Origin: Pavona decussata
Taxonomy: Eukaryota
DNA length: 64,000 nucleotides
Direction of reading: 5' to 3'
NCBI GenBank assembly: GCA_977016875.1
Contig: CDRNST010000080.1
Span: 434,001 to 498,000 of the forward strand
Shown: positions 11,484 to 23,500 of the stretch, piece by piece
How the letters are laid out: every line of letters starts with the position of its first letter
Numbering within the stretch: position 1 is the stretch's first letter
Program-made: the position numbers and the translations under genes
Notes under the pieces: generated by a model
The model's database searches: none
What the model was told of the DNA's origin: nothing
The model's input: the letters and a program-made list of their open reading frames with translations, nothing else

Positions 11484-14400
11484 CTCTTGATTTCATAGAC
11501 TTTATGTTTGTGTTCTTGTGCCTAGCGTCCTATTATTGGGTTGTTTGTGTACCTGTGTTTTGGGTGTTGATGTAATATTGTGTTTTTTTTTCTCCGAAAT
11601 GTTAGATTTAGCTAAGTGCAGTTTACTTTCTTTGAACGTGAGAGGCTTGAAAAGGCAACTTAAAAGAAGAAGTATTTTCAGTTATTTGAAGAGCCAAAAA
11701 TGTTTATTTTATCTCCTACAAGAAACATACTCTGAACCAAAAGATGAAGTAGTATGGAAAAATGAATGGGGGGGTGGCAACTTTTTCTCCCATGGGACCA
11801 ATCGTCAGAAAGGAGTTTGTATTCTGATTAACTCTTCTTATGATCTATCCGTCACCAGCCATTTCAGCGATCCAGAAGGGAGGATCGTAATCATCAACTT
11901 GATTATTCATAAGGTAAAACTCTCTATTTGCAACATTTATGCTCCTAATAACTTGGTGCAACAGAACAACTTTATCCAATGAGGCATTGCTAAGCAATGC
12001 CGAAATTGATAACGTAATTATTGGCGGTGACTGGAATGTAACCTTGGAGCGTATTGATAAAAAAGGTGGCGCGCAATGGAAACCAACAACCTATCGTGAC
12101 AAATTGTTATTAATGATGGAAGAGTTGAATCTCTCCGACGTATTTAGGAAGAAGAACCCATCTAAAAAAAGTTTTACGTACGAATCTAAATATCTAAAAG
12201 TCAAATCAAGAATAGATTTTTTTCTGGTGTCAACTTCCATTATGAAATTCGTTCTTGCTACCGACTCAAGAACTTCTATAGCTCCTGATCACAAAGCGGT
12301 CCGACTAAAATTAAAAATTAGCAATTGTTGTCGCGGCCCTGGCCTATGGAAATTTAACAATTCTTTGCTTGAAGATGAGAAATATGTAAATTTAATCAAG
12401 AACAATTATCCAAAAATAAAAGAAAAATATAATGACATTGAGGACAAAAAGACTCAAATGGGAGTTAATCAAAATAGAAATCAGAAGCCTAACAATTCCT
12501 TATTCTAAATACAAAGCTAAGCAGAGTAGGAATGTGGAAACAGCCATTCAAAAACGTTTGGATGAAATTGATACGTTGATTACAAACAGTAATGGCCTTC
12601 AAAACATCGACCCTGAACTAAAAGAATACGATCGGTTGAAACGCGATCTTCAGGCCATTTATGACACTAGAGGAAAAGGGGCAATATTTCGTTCTAAAGT
12701 GCGTTGGACGGAGGAAGGCGAGAAGCCGACCAAATACTTCTTCAACATAGAAAAAAGGAATTTTAACACGAAGGTCATTGCGGAACTTAAACCAGATCCC
12801 GACGGTAATGTCATTGTAGATGAAAAAGAAATCATGTGCGAAATTCACTCTTACTATGCTGATTTATATAAATCGGAGGTGGATAGTGATAAAAGCGATG
12901 ACAGTGACTTCAATAACTTTACTGCCAATCTAGAACTGCCGAAACTATCTGACGATGAAAGGGATGAAATTGAAGGAAAGCTAACTCTTGAAGAATGCCA
13001 GAATATATTGAGGACATTTAAATTAGGAAAGTCTCCAGGAGAAGATGGTTATACTGTTGAATTCTTCAACTGTTTTTTTGAAATTCTTGGTCAGGATCTA
13101 TTGAACAGTCTTAATGCTTCTTACGACGTTGGCGAGCTGTCAATTTCTCAAAGAAGAGGTGTCATAACACTTGTTCCAAAAGAAGATTCTAACTTATTGT
13201 TTCTGTCAAATTGGCGCCCCATCACTTTATTAAATGTCGACTATAAGATCGCATCTAAAGTTATTGCTAAAAGAATAGAAAGTATACTACCGAAGTTAAT
13301 TAATCCAGACCAAACCGGATGATACATCGGGCAGAACATTCGTTTGTTAACAGACGTTCTTGAACAAACAAAACGGCAAAACATTCCGGGAATCCTTCTT
13401 TTGCTTGATTTTAGGAAAGCTTTTGATTCCCTGGAATGGCCCTTTATTCAACAGACTCTTTCTGTATTCAACTTTGGTGAAAGTATCAAACCTTGGATCT
13501 CAATTTTGTACGCTAAAAGTGAAAGTTCAGTCTTAAACAATGGCTTTTGTACAGAATCCTTTCCATTGTCTAGAGGAGTTAGACAAGGCTGTCCATTATC
13601 CCCTCTCCTCTTTATTCTAGGAGCGGAAATTTTAGCGAGTAAGATACGACAACATCAAAATATACAGGGGATAAAAATCCACGGTTACGAATTCAAAATT
13701 AGTCAATTTGCTGATGACACCTCCTTATTATGTAAAGATCTAAATTCAGTTGAAAATGCCATTGCCTTACTCAATGTCTTTGAGCGTGTATCGGGATTGA
13801 AGCTTAACCAGTCTAAAACAAAAGCACTATGGCTGGGACCTTGGCGTTTTAGTGATTCTAAACCGTTGGGTCTAAAATGGACTAAAGATCCCGTCAGAAC
13901 TCTTGGTATTTTTATTTCTTACGATGAAAAAGGTAACTACAAGAAGAACATTACCGAAAAAATTGAGAAAATGGACAACCGGCTTAACTCCTGGAGATCC
14001 CGAAGTCTAACTCTACTTGGTAGATGTCTAATTTTTAAAAGCTTAGGAGTTCCACAGCTGATTTATTCGGCTTCAATGTCGAGCATGCCTATAGAAGCGA
14101 GCGTCAAGTTGATCACCAACTATTTATTTAATTTTATATGGAACAAAAAACCTGATAAAATAAAAAGGCAAGTAATGTACCAGGACTATATGGATGGCGG
14201 TTTGCGCGTACCAAATATTCTGACTACATTTAAGTCCCTTAATTTAGCATGGATACCCAGACTTTTAAAAAGTGAAAACTGCTCAGATGAATCTTGGTCA
14301 TATATCCCAAGCTATTATTTTAAAAGGTACGGTGGACTTAACTTCTTACTTCGATGTAATTACGATAACCATTTTATTAAACAGATTGACCTTCCACTTT

Positions 14401-15486
14401 TTTATAAAGAAATCCTAATCCACATGTTGGAGTTAAAACAGTTGTATGGATATTACCAAGAGCAAGATTTAGTGCTATTTAATAATAGAGAAATCTTAAT
14501 AAACGGGAAGCCATTTTATTACAACGAATGGCATCTTAATGGTATATTCTCTATCCGGGATGTTTTAAATGATGAGGGGAAATTTCTTTCCTACCAGGAA
14601 TTCCTCCAAAAATACCGTCACCTTAAGTGCAATTTTCTTCGATATTTTCAAGTCCTTGCAGCAATTCCGAAACATCTGCGAGAAAAGGCAAGTCAGACCT
14701 CGCTTAACAAACGCAAATTCGAAAAAGACAACTTTATATTCTCTCTGTCGCCAACTGTTTCTGTTACTGCTGGGCTTCGCGTTTCCCAGCTGGGTCCCCT
14801 GAGCAGACATTTAGTTTCGGGCATGCGCATAGGTGGCCTTTAATGTTTACCACGAGGGCCACCGAGTTCTTACCTCAATTTTAAGTTCACTAAGGTTTAT
14901 TAGTTTTCATGGTTTAAATGGCAGTTAAGTCGACTTTTATTAAGGCCCATCGGTGTAACTGGAATTGCGAGTTTGTCTCACGCTGCCTCGTGTCGAAATA
15001 AACGTTGAAATTTACGGCTGGTTTACATTCGCATCTACTGTTTCAATAAACTTACTCAAGGTGAAAAGCAAAGATTTCTATTGGCTTATTACAAAAAAAT
15101 TTGTAACTAAGGCTACTGGTTCAAGGAAATGGGAACACGAAATTCAGTCGATGAATTTGAGTTGGCCTTGCTATTTTAGTAAATTGAAGATAATCTGTAA
15201 GGAACCTAAACTTAGAGAATTCTATTATAAATTTTTACATAGAATTATTGTTACAAAGAAGGAATTGTATTACTTTGGTATTGAAAATAACAAAGAATGT
15301 CTATACTGTAATGAAGGTGACTTAGTCTACTTAGTCTATATTTAACATGCCTGTTACAACTTGTGTTTGTGTGTACGTTTTTTGTGCATGTGTCCAGTGT
15401 TGTGTAACTGTGTGTATTTCTGAAATGTAAAACTACAAATTGTAATCTTGTTATTTCCAATAAAGATTTGCATTAAAAAAAAAAAA
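11484..15486 (+). mobile_element. 5'-truncated, disrupted L1/Tx1-clade LINE (ORF2: APE endonuclease plus reverse transcriptase)
   Basis: ORF2 starts at ATG 11599. APE motifs SLNVRGL, LQET, NIYAPN, GGDWN, SRIDFF, DH. RT motifs KSPGEDG, NWRPITLLNVDYKI, LDFRKAFD, GVRQGCPLSP, QFADD. AATAAA 15459-15464 and a poly(A) tail. TSD ATCCCAGTGC at 11474-11483 and 15487-15496. Empty site in unit B near 31379. Frameshifts near 11980 and 12450, stop at 13320. Confidence 0.93.
14762..15039 (+). mobile_element. 278-bp solo LTR nested in LINE ORF2 (unit A)
   Basis: Starts TGTTAC, ends CATCTACT (CATCTACA in unit C), GTTTC on both sides, internal AATAAA. Removing it restores FSLSPTVSINLLKVK. Confidence 0.75.
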
Positions 15487-16937
15487 ATCCCAGTGCGTTA
15501 ACTTAGGATTTGAATTCTTACTGCCGTTAGTTATTAGCCTTGTCTACAATAAGCTTTCTGCAACTCGTATCAAGAAAAACGGCTCAAATTCGCGAACAAT
15601 AGGTATTGTTATAGTTGACCGTGTACGATTTGGGCTAAAACAAAGACTTTTAACAATTTTTAGAGAAATTCAATTTTTTGCTATTACTATTCAGGCGGTA
15701 GACTTGATATCTACGGCGAGACCGAAGTAAGGAGCAATTTGCACCCTGGGGGAGGGACAGAGTTTAATAATTGGCACGACGAGGCATACTCCAGCTGAGT
15801 TGATCGGATAACCTGATGCAGAAAATTAATAAGATCATTCAGGTGATCATTGCTTCAATAATCGCACTAGTTTAGTGCTCATGGTTTTTAAATGAGCTTC
15901 GTTCTGCGTGAGCAAATGTTTTGCTTTCGACGCACACTCTGGCCGAGTTAATTGGATATCAGCAAAGGACTTTATCCAGTGCTTCAACAATTGCACTGGT
16001 CGAGTTCTCGCGCTTTTAACAGAGAAATTCGTTCAAATCCCGCGCCACAAAAATAATTGTTACGCAAATAAATTGTTCTCTTTATTCGTTTCTCAGGCGC
16101 GGGTGAGAATTTGTCTGCATTGGAAATGAAAGCTAGAATGAAACTAACGAAGCGTTTAACATCTTTCAACAACCGCTTTGGTTATGATTTTGTAATTTAT
16201 TAGACTTTAGACCTTGCTCTCAGAACTGTTCAACGACCACAATGAAAAATTCGTCTTTGTGGAGATTCTGTTTTACCAACATTCTGGGAGAATTTGGACC
16301 AAATGTTAAGGCTCGGAACACGTACCTCAAGAGGATTTTCTCCAAAACCGTTGAGTGCTTAATACCACTCGAAAGACGGTTACAGAAACTTTTTAAAAGA
16401 AAAAAATAATAATAATAAAAAAGCGGGGGGCGACCCCCTCGTTCACCCACCACCATAAATCCGCCCCTGGGCTAGTGCGATGTTTGAAACCAAGTCGTAC
16501 TTGCGATTGCCTTGTAGCACGGTAGATATTGCCTTGTTACATGGCATTCACTGACAAGTGGTTTCAATATTCGTGCTACCACCATCTCAAACCCGAGGGA
16601 GAATAATTAATAGAAAATTTTCTCGATTTTTACACAAGAACAACATAAAGATTTGATAAAAGAATTAATAAAAAATAAATAAATAAATAAATAAGTTCTA
16701 TCATATAGGAGAAGAGGAGAAAGGTGAAGGGGAGGAAGAAGGTATGGGGATCTTTGCGGTGTTCTTCCTTCCGCTCATTACAGTTTACATTACGATAATT
16801 TGAATCTCACGGCGCGGCATAATTATTGAGCAAGAAGAAAAGCCAAAAACCACTGTTTTTACCAGGCAAAATAAAGGTTAACAAAAGATGTACTGTTGCA
16901 CTTAAAGTTCTACTATCATGTCCGGCGATTCTATCAC

Positions 16938-17410
16938 TTAAGGTTTAAGGTGAAGGTTTTTATTATTAATATGCACTATTTCAATGGTTTACAACAAAAG
17001 GAAATTACAATATATAGGAAAAGTAACAAAGACACAAAATTCTCTGTTACTCCGAGTTTCGTGCTCGCGCACTCATCAGACAGTTTTGTATTCAAAGCTC
17101 TACACTAAAAAGGTGTATTGAGCACTGTTTAACGGCTTTAGCCACTTTATTACACATGAGAAAAGTAACATAAAGAGAGCATTAAATTACATAAATGTGA
17201 AAGGAAAAATATGCGCAATGACTAAAGGAGCTTAGGCTTTTGTGGACACAACTGACTAAACGAAGCGTTTTTCTTTGAGACTGTTAATAGATCAGCTTTA
17301 AAATTAATTTCCCAAACGTACAAACAATTCTGCCATTTCCTAGGAGAAGAAAAACTCTCAAGCCAAGCCGTAATCAATCCTTGTTTTGAAATGTACTTAT
17401 TCGATCCCAT
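16938..17410 (-). mobile_element. Probable retroelement 3' fragment with decayed (AACCTT)n tail in each spacer (also near 33143 and 53064); extent approximate
   Basis: TTAAGGTTTAAGGTGAAGGTTTTTATTATT start; homologous to the separate insertion at 58120-58299, which shows the sequence is dispersed. Confidence 0.5.
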
Positions 17411-17483
17411 GCGACCGTTTTAATGTCTTATTCACCTCACACATCTCACCGCATACATTACACTGTTTAAACTTTATGTTTGT

Positions 17484-17522
17484 CACTTGAAAATGATGTC
17501 ACGGCGACATCGAAACGTTGTA
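17484..17522 (+). ncRNA. Minimal hammerhead-ribozyme-like motif of a Penelope pLTR fragment (also 33691-33729 and 53611-53649); probably decayed
   Basis: CAC-TTGAAAA-T-GATGTC-ACGGC-GACATC-GAAAC-GTT-GTA: variant core UUGANAA, perfect 6-bp stem II, GAAA, palindromic ACGT, NUH triplet. Confidence 0.5.
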
Positions 17523-20500
17523 CAAAACTCTTATCGCTAATTAACTGTTATCGCTAATTTTATTCTTAAATGTTTGTCCAAATCTAATCTCATTCCAATA
17601 TCATTTGTTTGGAAGAACTAGTGATCGAAAAGAGAGCGTGGAGGTGCGGGTGTCATGGTATATCTGATTTGTGCCATCATAGGTCAAGGTGGGAAGGGTG
17701 AGATCGTACATGGACTAAGGCGGAAGTCAGACAAGACGCCTTCACTGAATATGCTGAGGTCCGATCACGTCTTACGTCTCTTTTATTTTTTAAATACCTC
17801 TTTGAGGGCCTTTTCTTAATTAGGCTTCGATGAAGAAATGACATGGCCAATATACAAACATGGGAGTGGAACAAATTGTTTAATTAAAAATAAAAAACGG
17901 AGAAATCTTCCACAGTAGACCTTGCTAATTACATTTTGCAAGCCCGTAGACTAGAACACGATTTAATGGCATCTCATTTCTCAGGCAGGGTAAAATGATC
18001 GATATCCCATCGGTTCAGGTTTGATTCAATTTTACCACTGTTAACTTCACAAGTTGCTCCTTTCTTTCCGTCAGTTAACTTAAGACATGCGCGAAGTAGC
18101 TGGCCGCTTAGACATGAATTGAGGTTCTTTTTTCCGCGACTTCCAGGCAAGAAGTGTGCTCTATGGAATTTGCTCATTCAACTTTGCAATCAACTGTGTA
18201 TTCATAGAACAAAGATTTATTAGATTTAGTCAATGCCAGTGTTAGATAGACGACAAAAGCTTCCGAAACGTGCCGCGTTTTAACTTTCTCGTTTTATGAT
18301 GCTGTTGCTGGGTGCTTACTGATACAGCAACTTGACTGGAAAGATCTGTGTACTCATCGTCATATACAGAAAGCCATAATGGTATACAAGTCTCTATTCC
18401 GATTTTTTTTTTTACTTGAAAAACAGCATTGTAATATCTTGATTAGTTTTTGAACGTTCCTTTCTTGTATATTCGATAAAACAATAAAAACGAGAGCAAA
18501 TTAAAGAAATTAAAGAGCGCCGAAGAGGTTGATGTAGGCGCCTAAAATTTTTTTTAATGTAGACACTGGAATGTCATTTTTGAGTTGTTAATTTTATTCA
18601 CATTCATCTTCATGTCAAAATTGGTCTTAATAATGATATTACTGGCACAACTAATATCGAAACTTCGAATCTTTCTTATTCATCTTTTTTTATTCATGTT
18701 TAAAACTTTATATACGTAGTGAAAGTAGAGTAACAAAACTATAGGCATCAAACTTTTTACACCATTTATCCTGTTGTGACCAGTGCTACGGCAGCCAAAT
18801 GAACAGAGCTGACATTTCCGCTTGAACGTGTCAGTTTTACATAAATGGAATAATTTTAGTTGTTGGTAATGAAGACGTGCCAGTTGAAACCAAAAACCTT
18901 TTGCATTTTGGTTGATTTGTTTTCCCGTTAGCACGTTTTTTAATAACACTAATTCGACATTTTTGCTGTCTCAGTTGTTTGGAAACTTCAATTCCAATTC
19001 CAATGCGTCTTTCGGTTGCGTTTGATACCACTACATAGTTGTAAGGGCATTTATCAAAACAAAGAACAGAAAACAAAGCTAAAGAATTTTACTTAATGAC
19101 CAACAGGAGAAATTAAAAAGAGTACAATCATCGTCTAATTATAACTTTTCCTTTCTCCTATAGTGTTCTTTTGCCTTGGCTTTTGAATGGCTGCGCTACC
19201 AGTTAAGGTGTTGTCCATCACAATATAATTTGTTATGGTAATGCAAAACGCAATTACGTAATCCCGAAGGGTAAATGAAGATTGTACTTACCACTTGCCA
19301 AATACATGCAGTTATTTTTTCATCATTAAATTCCAAAAAGGTGTCATGCCTTTACCAAGGAAGGGTTATAAAGGCCACCAAAATTAACATTCGGCTAAGT
19401 TGGATAACAAGAGAGACGGAGGTTTATCTTGAAGTCAGAACCACCATCAGAACATTCAAACCTGGAGATACAGTGAACTGATTTGAACGTTATAAGGTGT
19501 CTCCAGCTTGCGGTATCAAGACTGTGATTTTCCTGTGCTGTTTCATTGTTGGAAGTTATTCCTCGAGCAATGAGGGTAAGTCAGGATTGATTATAGAACA
19601 TTTATCTTTCGTACTTGTTTCGCGGTTAGCCTAAAATTTTGTTTTTGCGCTTAGGCGCGCCCTAAATTAAACTCACTTGTAATTGCAAACAGCAAGAAGG
19701 CACCAGTGATAGCTTAACTCTCTCCACAATAGATACAGCCGAATTTCGGACACTATTACACGTTATTTCTAATCGATCTAAGCTTTTAAATCACTTTCGC
19801 AGTTAGCGATATAGCAATAAGAGCCCATTGTGTAAGTATTACACAATTGTGTTGGAATAGAATAGAATCCATGAGAAGAATTGAAATTTAGTGAAAAACT
19901 TTGAGAAATCACACAAAGCTGCTAAAACCTCATATAAGCGAACAGCATACAACGGAAACAAATTATTACAGTTTCCTATAGTTACATTTAATTAATCTTA
20001 ACCTGAATCAAGATGAAAAATTAGCAGAGTTTTCTTTAGTGATTGTGGTTGTTTCTTTGACTTTTACGGGATGTATGTTAATCCATTTCTATTTAAGCAG
20101 AAGAATGAGATACTTTGTTATGCTGAGTTTTTACGCTAAATGACCTGCTTACCTTCCTCTTCAGTGTCGTGCACCTTTGACAGCGGTTTGTGCTTGGGAT
20201 GGAAACAGGAAACATCAGACAAGTTTGACTGGACACTGAGGTCTGTCTCTACGCCATCCTCTGGTACAGGACCATCATCAGGTCATGGGGGTTCAGGTAT
20301 GTGTCAATGGACTCTATAAGCATTGTTTTGTTGTCCGTTCTTTTGTCCTCTCGACCAACAGTGTAAGACGTTGCAAAACGGTGCAGGTCGCCTCATCTTG
20401 TTTTTTATCACAGTAATTATTCAATTTTATTTCGACGCTTCTGGCACTCTTCACGGAGAGGGTCTTCATTTGAGTTTTTACTGGAAGCACGCTGAAAACT

Positions 20501-23500
20501 TTTAAAAGCTAAATTAAAAGCCTTCAAGTATAAGCAACACGGGAATTTTCTAAAAGAGAATATAATTAACGAGCCTTAGAAAACTTAACAAAATTAAGCG
20601 GAGTTGTAATACAAGCCTTTCCTGCTTCACTACAGATTTCAAGGGTACTTGTCTCTCAAAACCTCAAAACTCTCAGGGAAGGGAGAACAAGAAGCGCTTA
20701 CGCAAAAAGGGTGCTTAGAACAGCACTCCTGTGGCTATTAAAATTGGAGCACTTGCTAACTAAAACTCATCTTAATGGGACCACTTCCTAGAAACACTCT
20801 CTTGTTTGTAAGGAGAAAGTTAGATTTCGAGGTTCCTTGTATTAGTTTGTCGGTATTAGCAAAAAAGAAAAAATAAGAAATAAAAAGTTCGACTGAAAGA
20901 ACGAAAGAACTTGTCGTTCCTGTTGTTATTGCTTTGCTTCGAACTATTTGTACGAAATTAAAAAAATTCGATGGGTGACCAATTTAACGCGCAACATGGA
21001 AGACGCATCGTACGTTTCGTAAACCCTCTCTTGTTCTCTTGTGCAAATAAATGGTGAAGAACAAACACAAAATAGTATTACGAAATGTAACATTTATTGA
21101 ACACTCCCCACAGGGGGACGTTTCATCTACCAATAAAATATAAATAGTTATCAACTTACCTAATATCGGATGTTACACAACTAAAGTATACATAGAAAAG
21201 CAAGCTAAACCCCCCAAAAATGAGGAAAATAATAAAAAAAGAGGTAAAATAAACTAAAAAAAAATTAAATAAAAAAAAGCCTAAGGTTTTCTCGTTTTCA
21301 TGATGAAATTTGGTCAGGGCTGATTTTGATGCGATAGAATCAGTCCAAGATGTACACAAAATATCTACAATTGGGAAAACCCAAGACAAGGGAGAAGCCA
21401 ATAAAATATAATAAAATTAATTTTCTTTCTCCGTTTAATTTTGCTACATGGAGTTATTAGTTATTTAACGCTGCTTAAATTAATGAAATATAACCCCCTC
21501 GCCACTCTTCTCCTTTTCTTAATTTAGGAATGTACATGTACATTGAGTCTTCGAGTCCAAGACGGCCAAATGACAACGCCAAGCTTTCATTTACTTCTGC
21601 TGGAAGCGGTAGTTTTTGCATGACCTTCTATTACCACATGAATGGAAGAGATATTGGTGCACTGAAAGTATACAGTGGTGGTCAGATAAAATTTTCCAAG
21701 TCAGGAAGCCAAGGAAATGCCTGGAAGAAGGCCGAAGTGGATATCACTGCGAGTGGAAGTGTGAGTATCACAAACTGAAAATTTTTCACTGCTCTTTGAA
21801 ATCCGTGACAAAAAAAGAACCCAGTGTATTTAGCATGTCGGTAAAATGTGATCATCATCGTGAGTTTAGTAATAATAAGGGCTGTTGGTAGCACTGGACA
21901 ATCTCTGCGAAAGTCGTCATCAAAGTCAAAGAGAAGTCTTGAGGATTCGACCCGGTTGCCAGCGAAGTCACCATGAGTATGTGCACAAAATTAATTCTTG
22001 TGACAGAAACAAACAAACACAAGAACTAACGGACCTCAAAAGGAACTCTTCTAGATAGAAATCAAAGTGGAGTGGTAGGATAACCCATAAGGTATTTAAT
22101 TGTTCATACCAAAGAAAACATATATTGACATTGTTAAATTTAGTGAATATATTATATTTTCCACTATTTCCAAATAATCAGAGGTACTTAAAAATATACT
22201 TTTAATAGCGTAAAATTTTAAAGCTAGTTAAAAATTTGGATCTATTACCGCCTTTTACGCTTTTAAAGCTTCTGCACACCGCCATTTTGGATTCCATTAC
22301 GTCATACGGTTCCTCAAGTATTCTACATAAAAGATCTTCTGCTTTCTGACCACAGTGGCAACGGTATAACGGCACGACATCAAAATGTCAATGATTATAT
22401 CCAATTTTAAACTGAATAACGCTAATACGCTATCTCCACTTTCAATATAGATACTTCTAAGAAATTTAATGTGAGTGGAGATTTCCTTTTAAGATACAGG
22501 AACAAAAGTATCGCTTCACTGATTAAAAAGTTTTAGTCCAGGTCCAAAATTGCTTAACGCTTTCCTGAGATCATAGGAATAAACGGAGACATGGACTTTA
22601 TTTTTCTCAGACAAATTTTGATCAAAAATCTCAGTTTTAACGGGCGGTCACCATATATGATGGTGCATGTTATCGCGGGAAAAGCATTTCAGCTAAAATG
22701 TTGAGACTTTTGAAATGAAATTTTAAGTCTTAAACAAATTTGGTTTGCTTGCAGACAATGATTTTATGACTCTTTTTAATATTAGGTCCAAGTAACATTT
22801 GAGGGTGTAAGAGGTAAAAGCTGGCAAGGTGACATCGCTATTGACGACTTTTCACTGAGACCAGGAAGTTGCTCAGGTATGCCACCAAACCCATTGCCAC
22901 CACAAACACCAGCTCCACCAGATGGAGTTTGCGTTCTCTTACGAATCGCTATCTGAACAAACTATTCAGAATATAAGGATAAGGTCCAATCTTTAACATT
23001 TTTGACATGTCAAGCTCTCAATGATACATTTTGTCGCTGATAATTTGTTTCACTGGTAAAGTTTCTTCCTTCAAAAAGATATATTTTTTAAAGTAAATGC
23101 ATTAGTCAAATTCAGAGGCCTCAGTGTAAAGAATTGCAAGAAATACCGCCTGTCGTTGTAACTTTTTTTAACGTTTTAAACATCTTCCTTGGTTTCATTG
23201 TAATTGAAATGAAATGAACTTTATCAACATGTCGTAGCTTTTAGCGTACTGGAATGTACGCTAATTGGGGACACTACTACTTAACATCATAAAATATACA
23301 TACGATCGATCAATACGACTATACAGTGCGTTAAAAGACACCTAACTACTTCATATTATAAAGTATATATAATGATCGATTCTTGCCAATACAACGCAAA
23401 AAATCAAGTAATTCTAAAGCCGACTTTTAAAGAGATCAAGGTGGTATAAACATGTTTCTGTGCTGGTTAAAATACTGGTTTGGGACTTCGTTATAGTGTC

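Noticed and set aside
11484-15486. RT next to variable repeats as a diversity-generating retroelement, retron or domesticated gene
   Set aside because: APE-RT LINE with poly(A), TSD and several disabling lesions; no template/variable repeat pair with adenine-specific changes.
16425-16469. Transposon-like end ...TAAATCCGCCCCTG
   Set aside because: No matching left TIR or TSD found, so no element could be delimited.
15908-19481. Short spacer ORFs as a second gene
   Set aside because: No coherent splice structure or motifs, and frames break between units. An old transposon relic cannot be excluded without a translated search.
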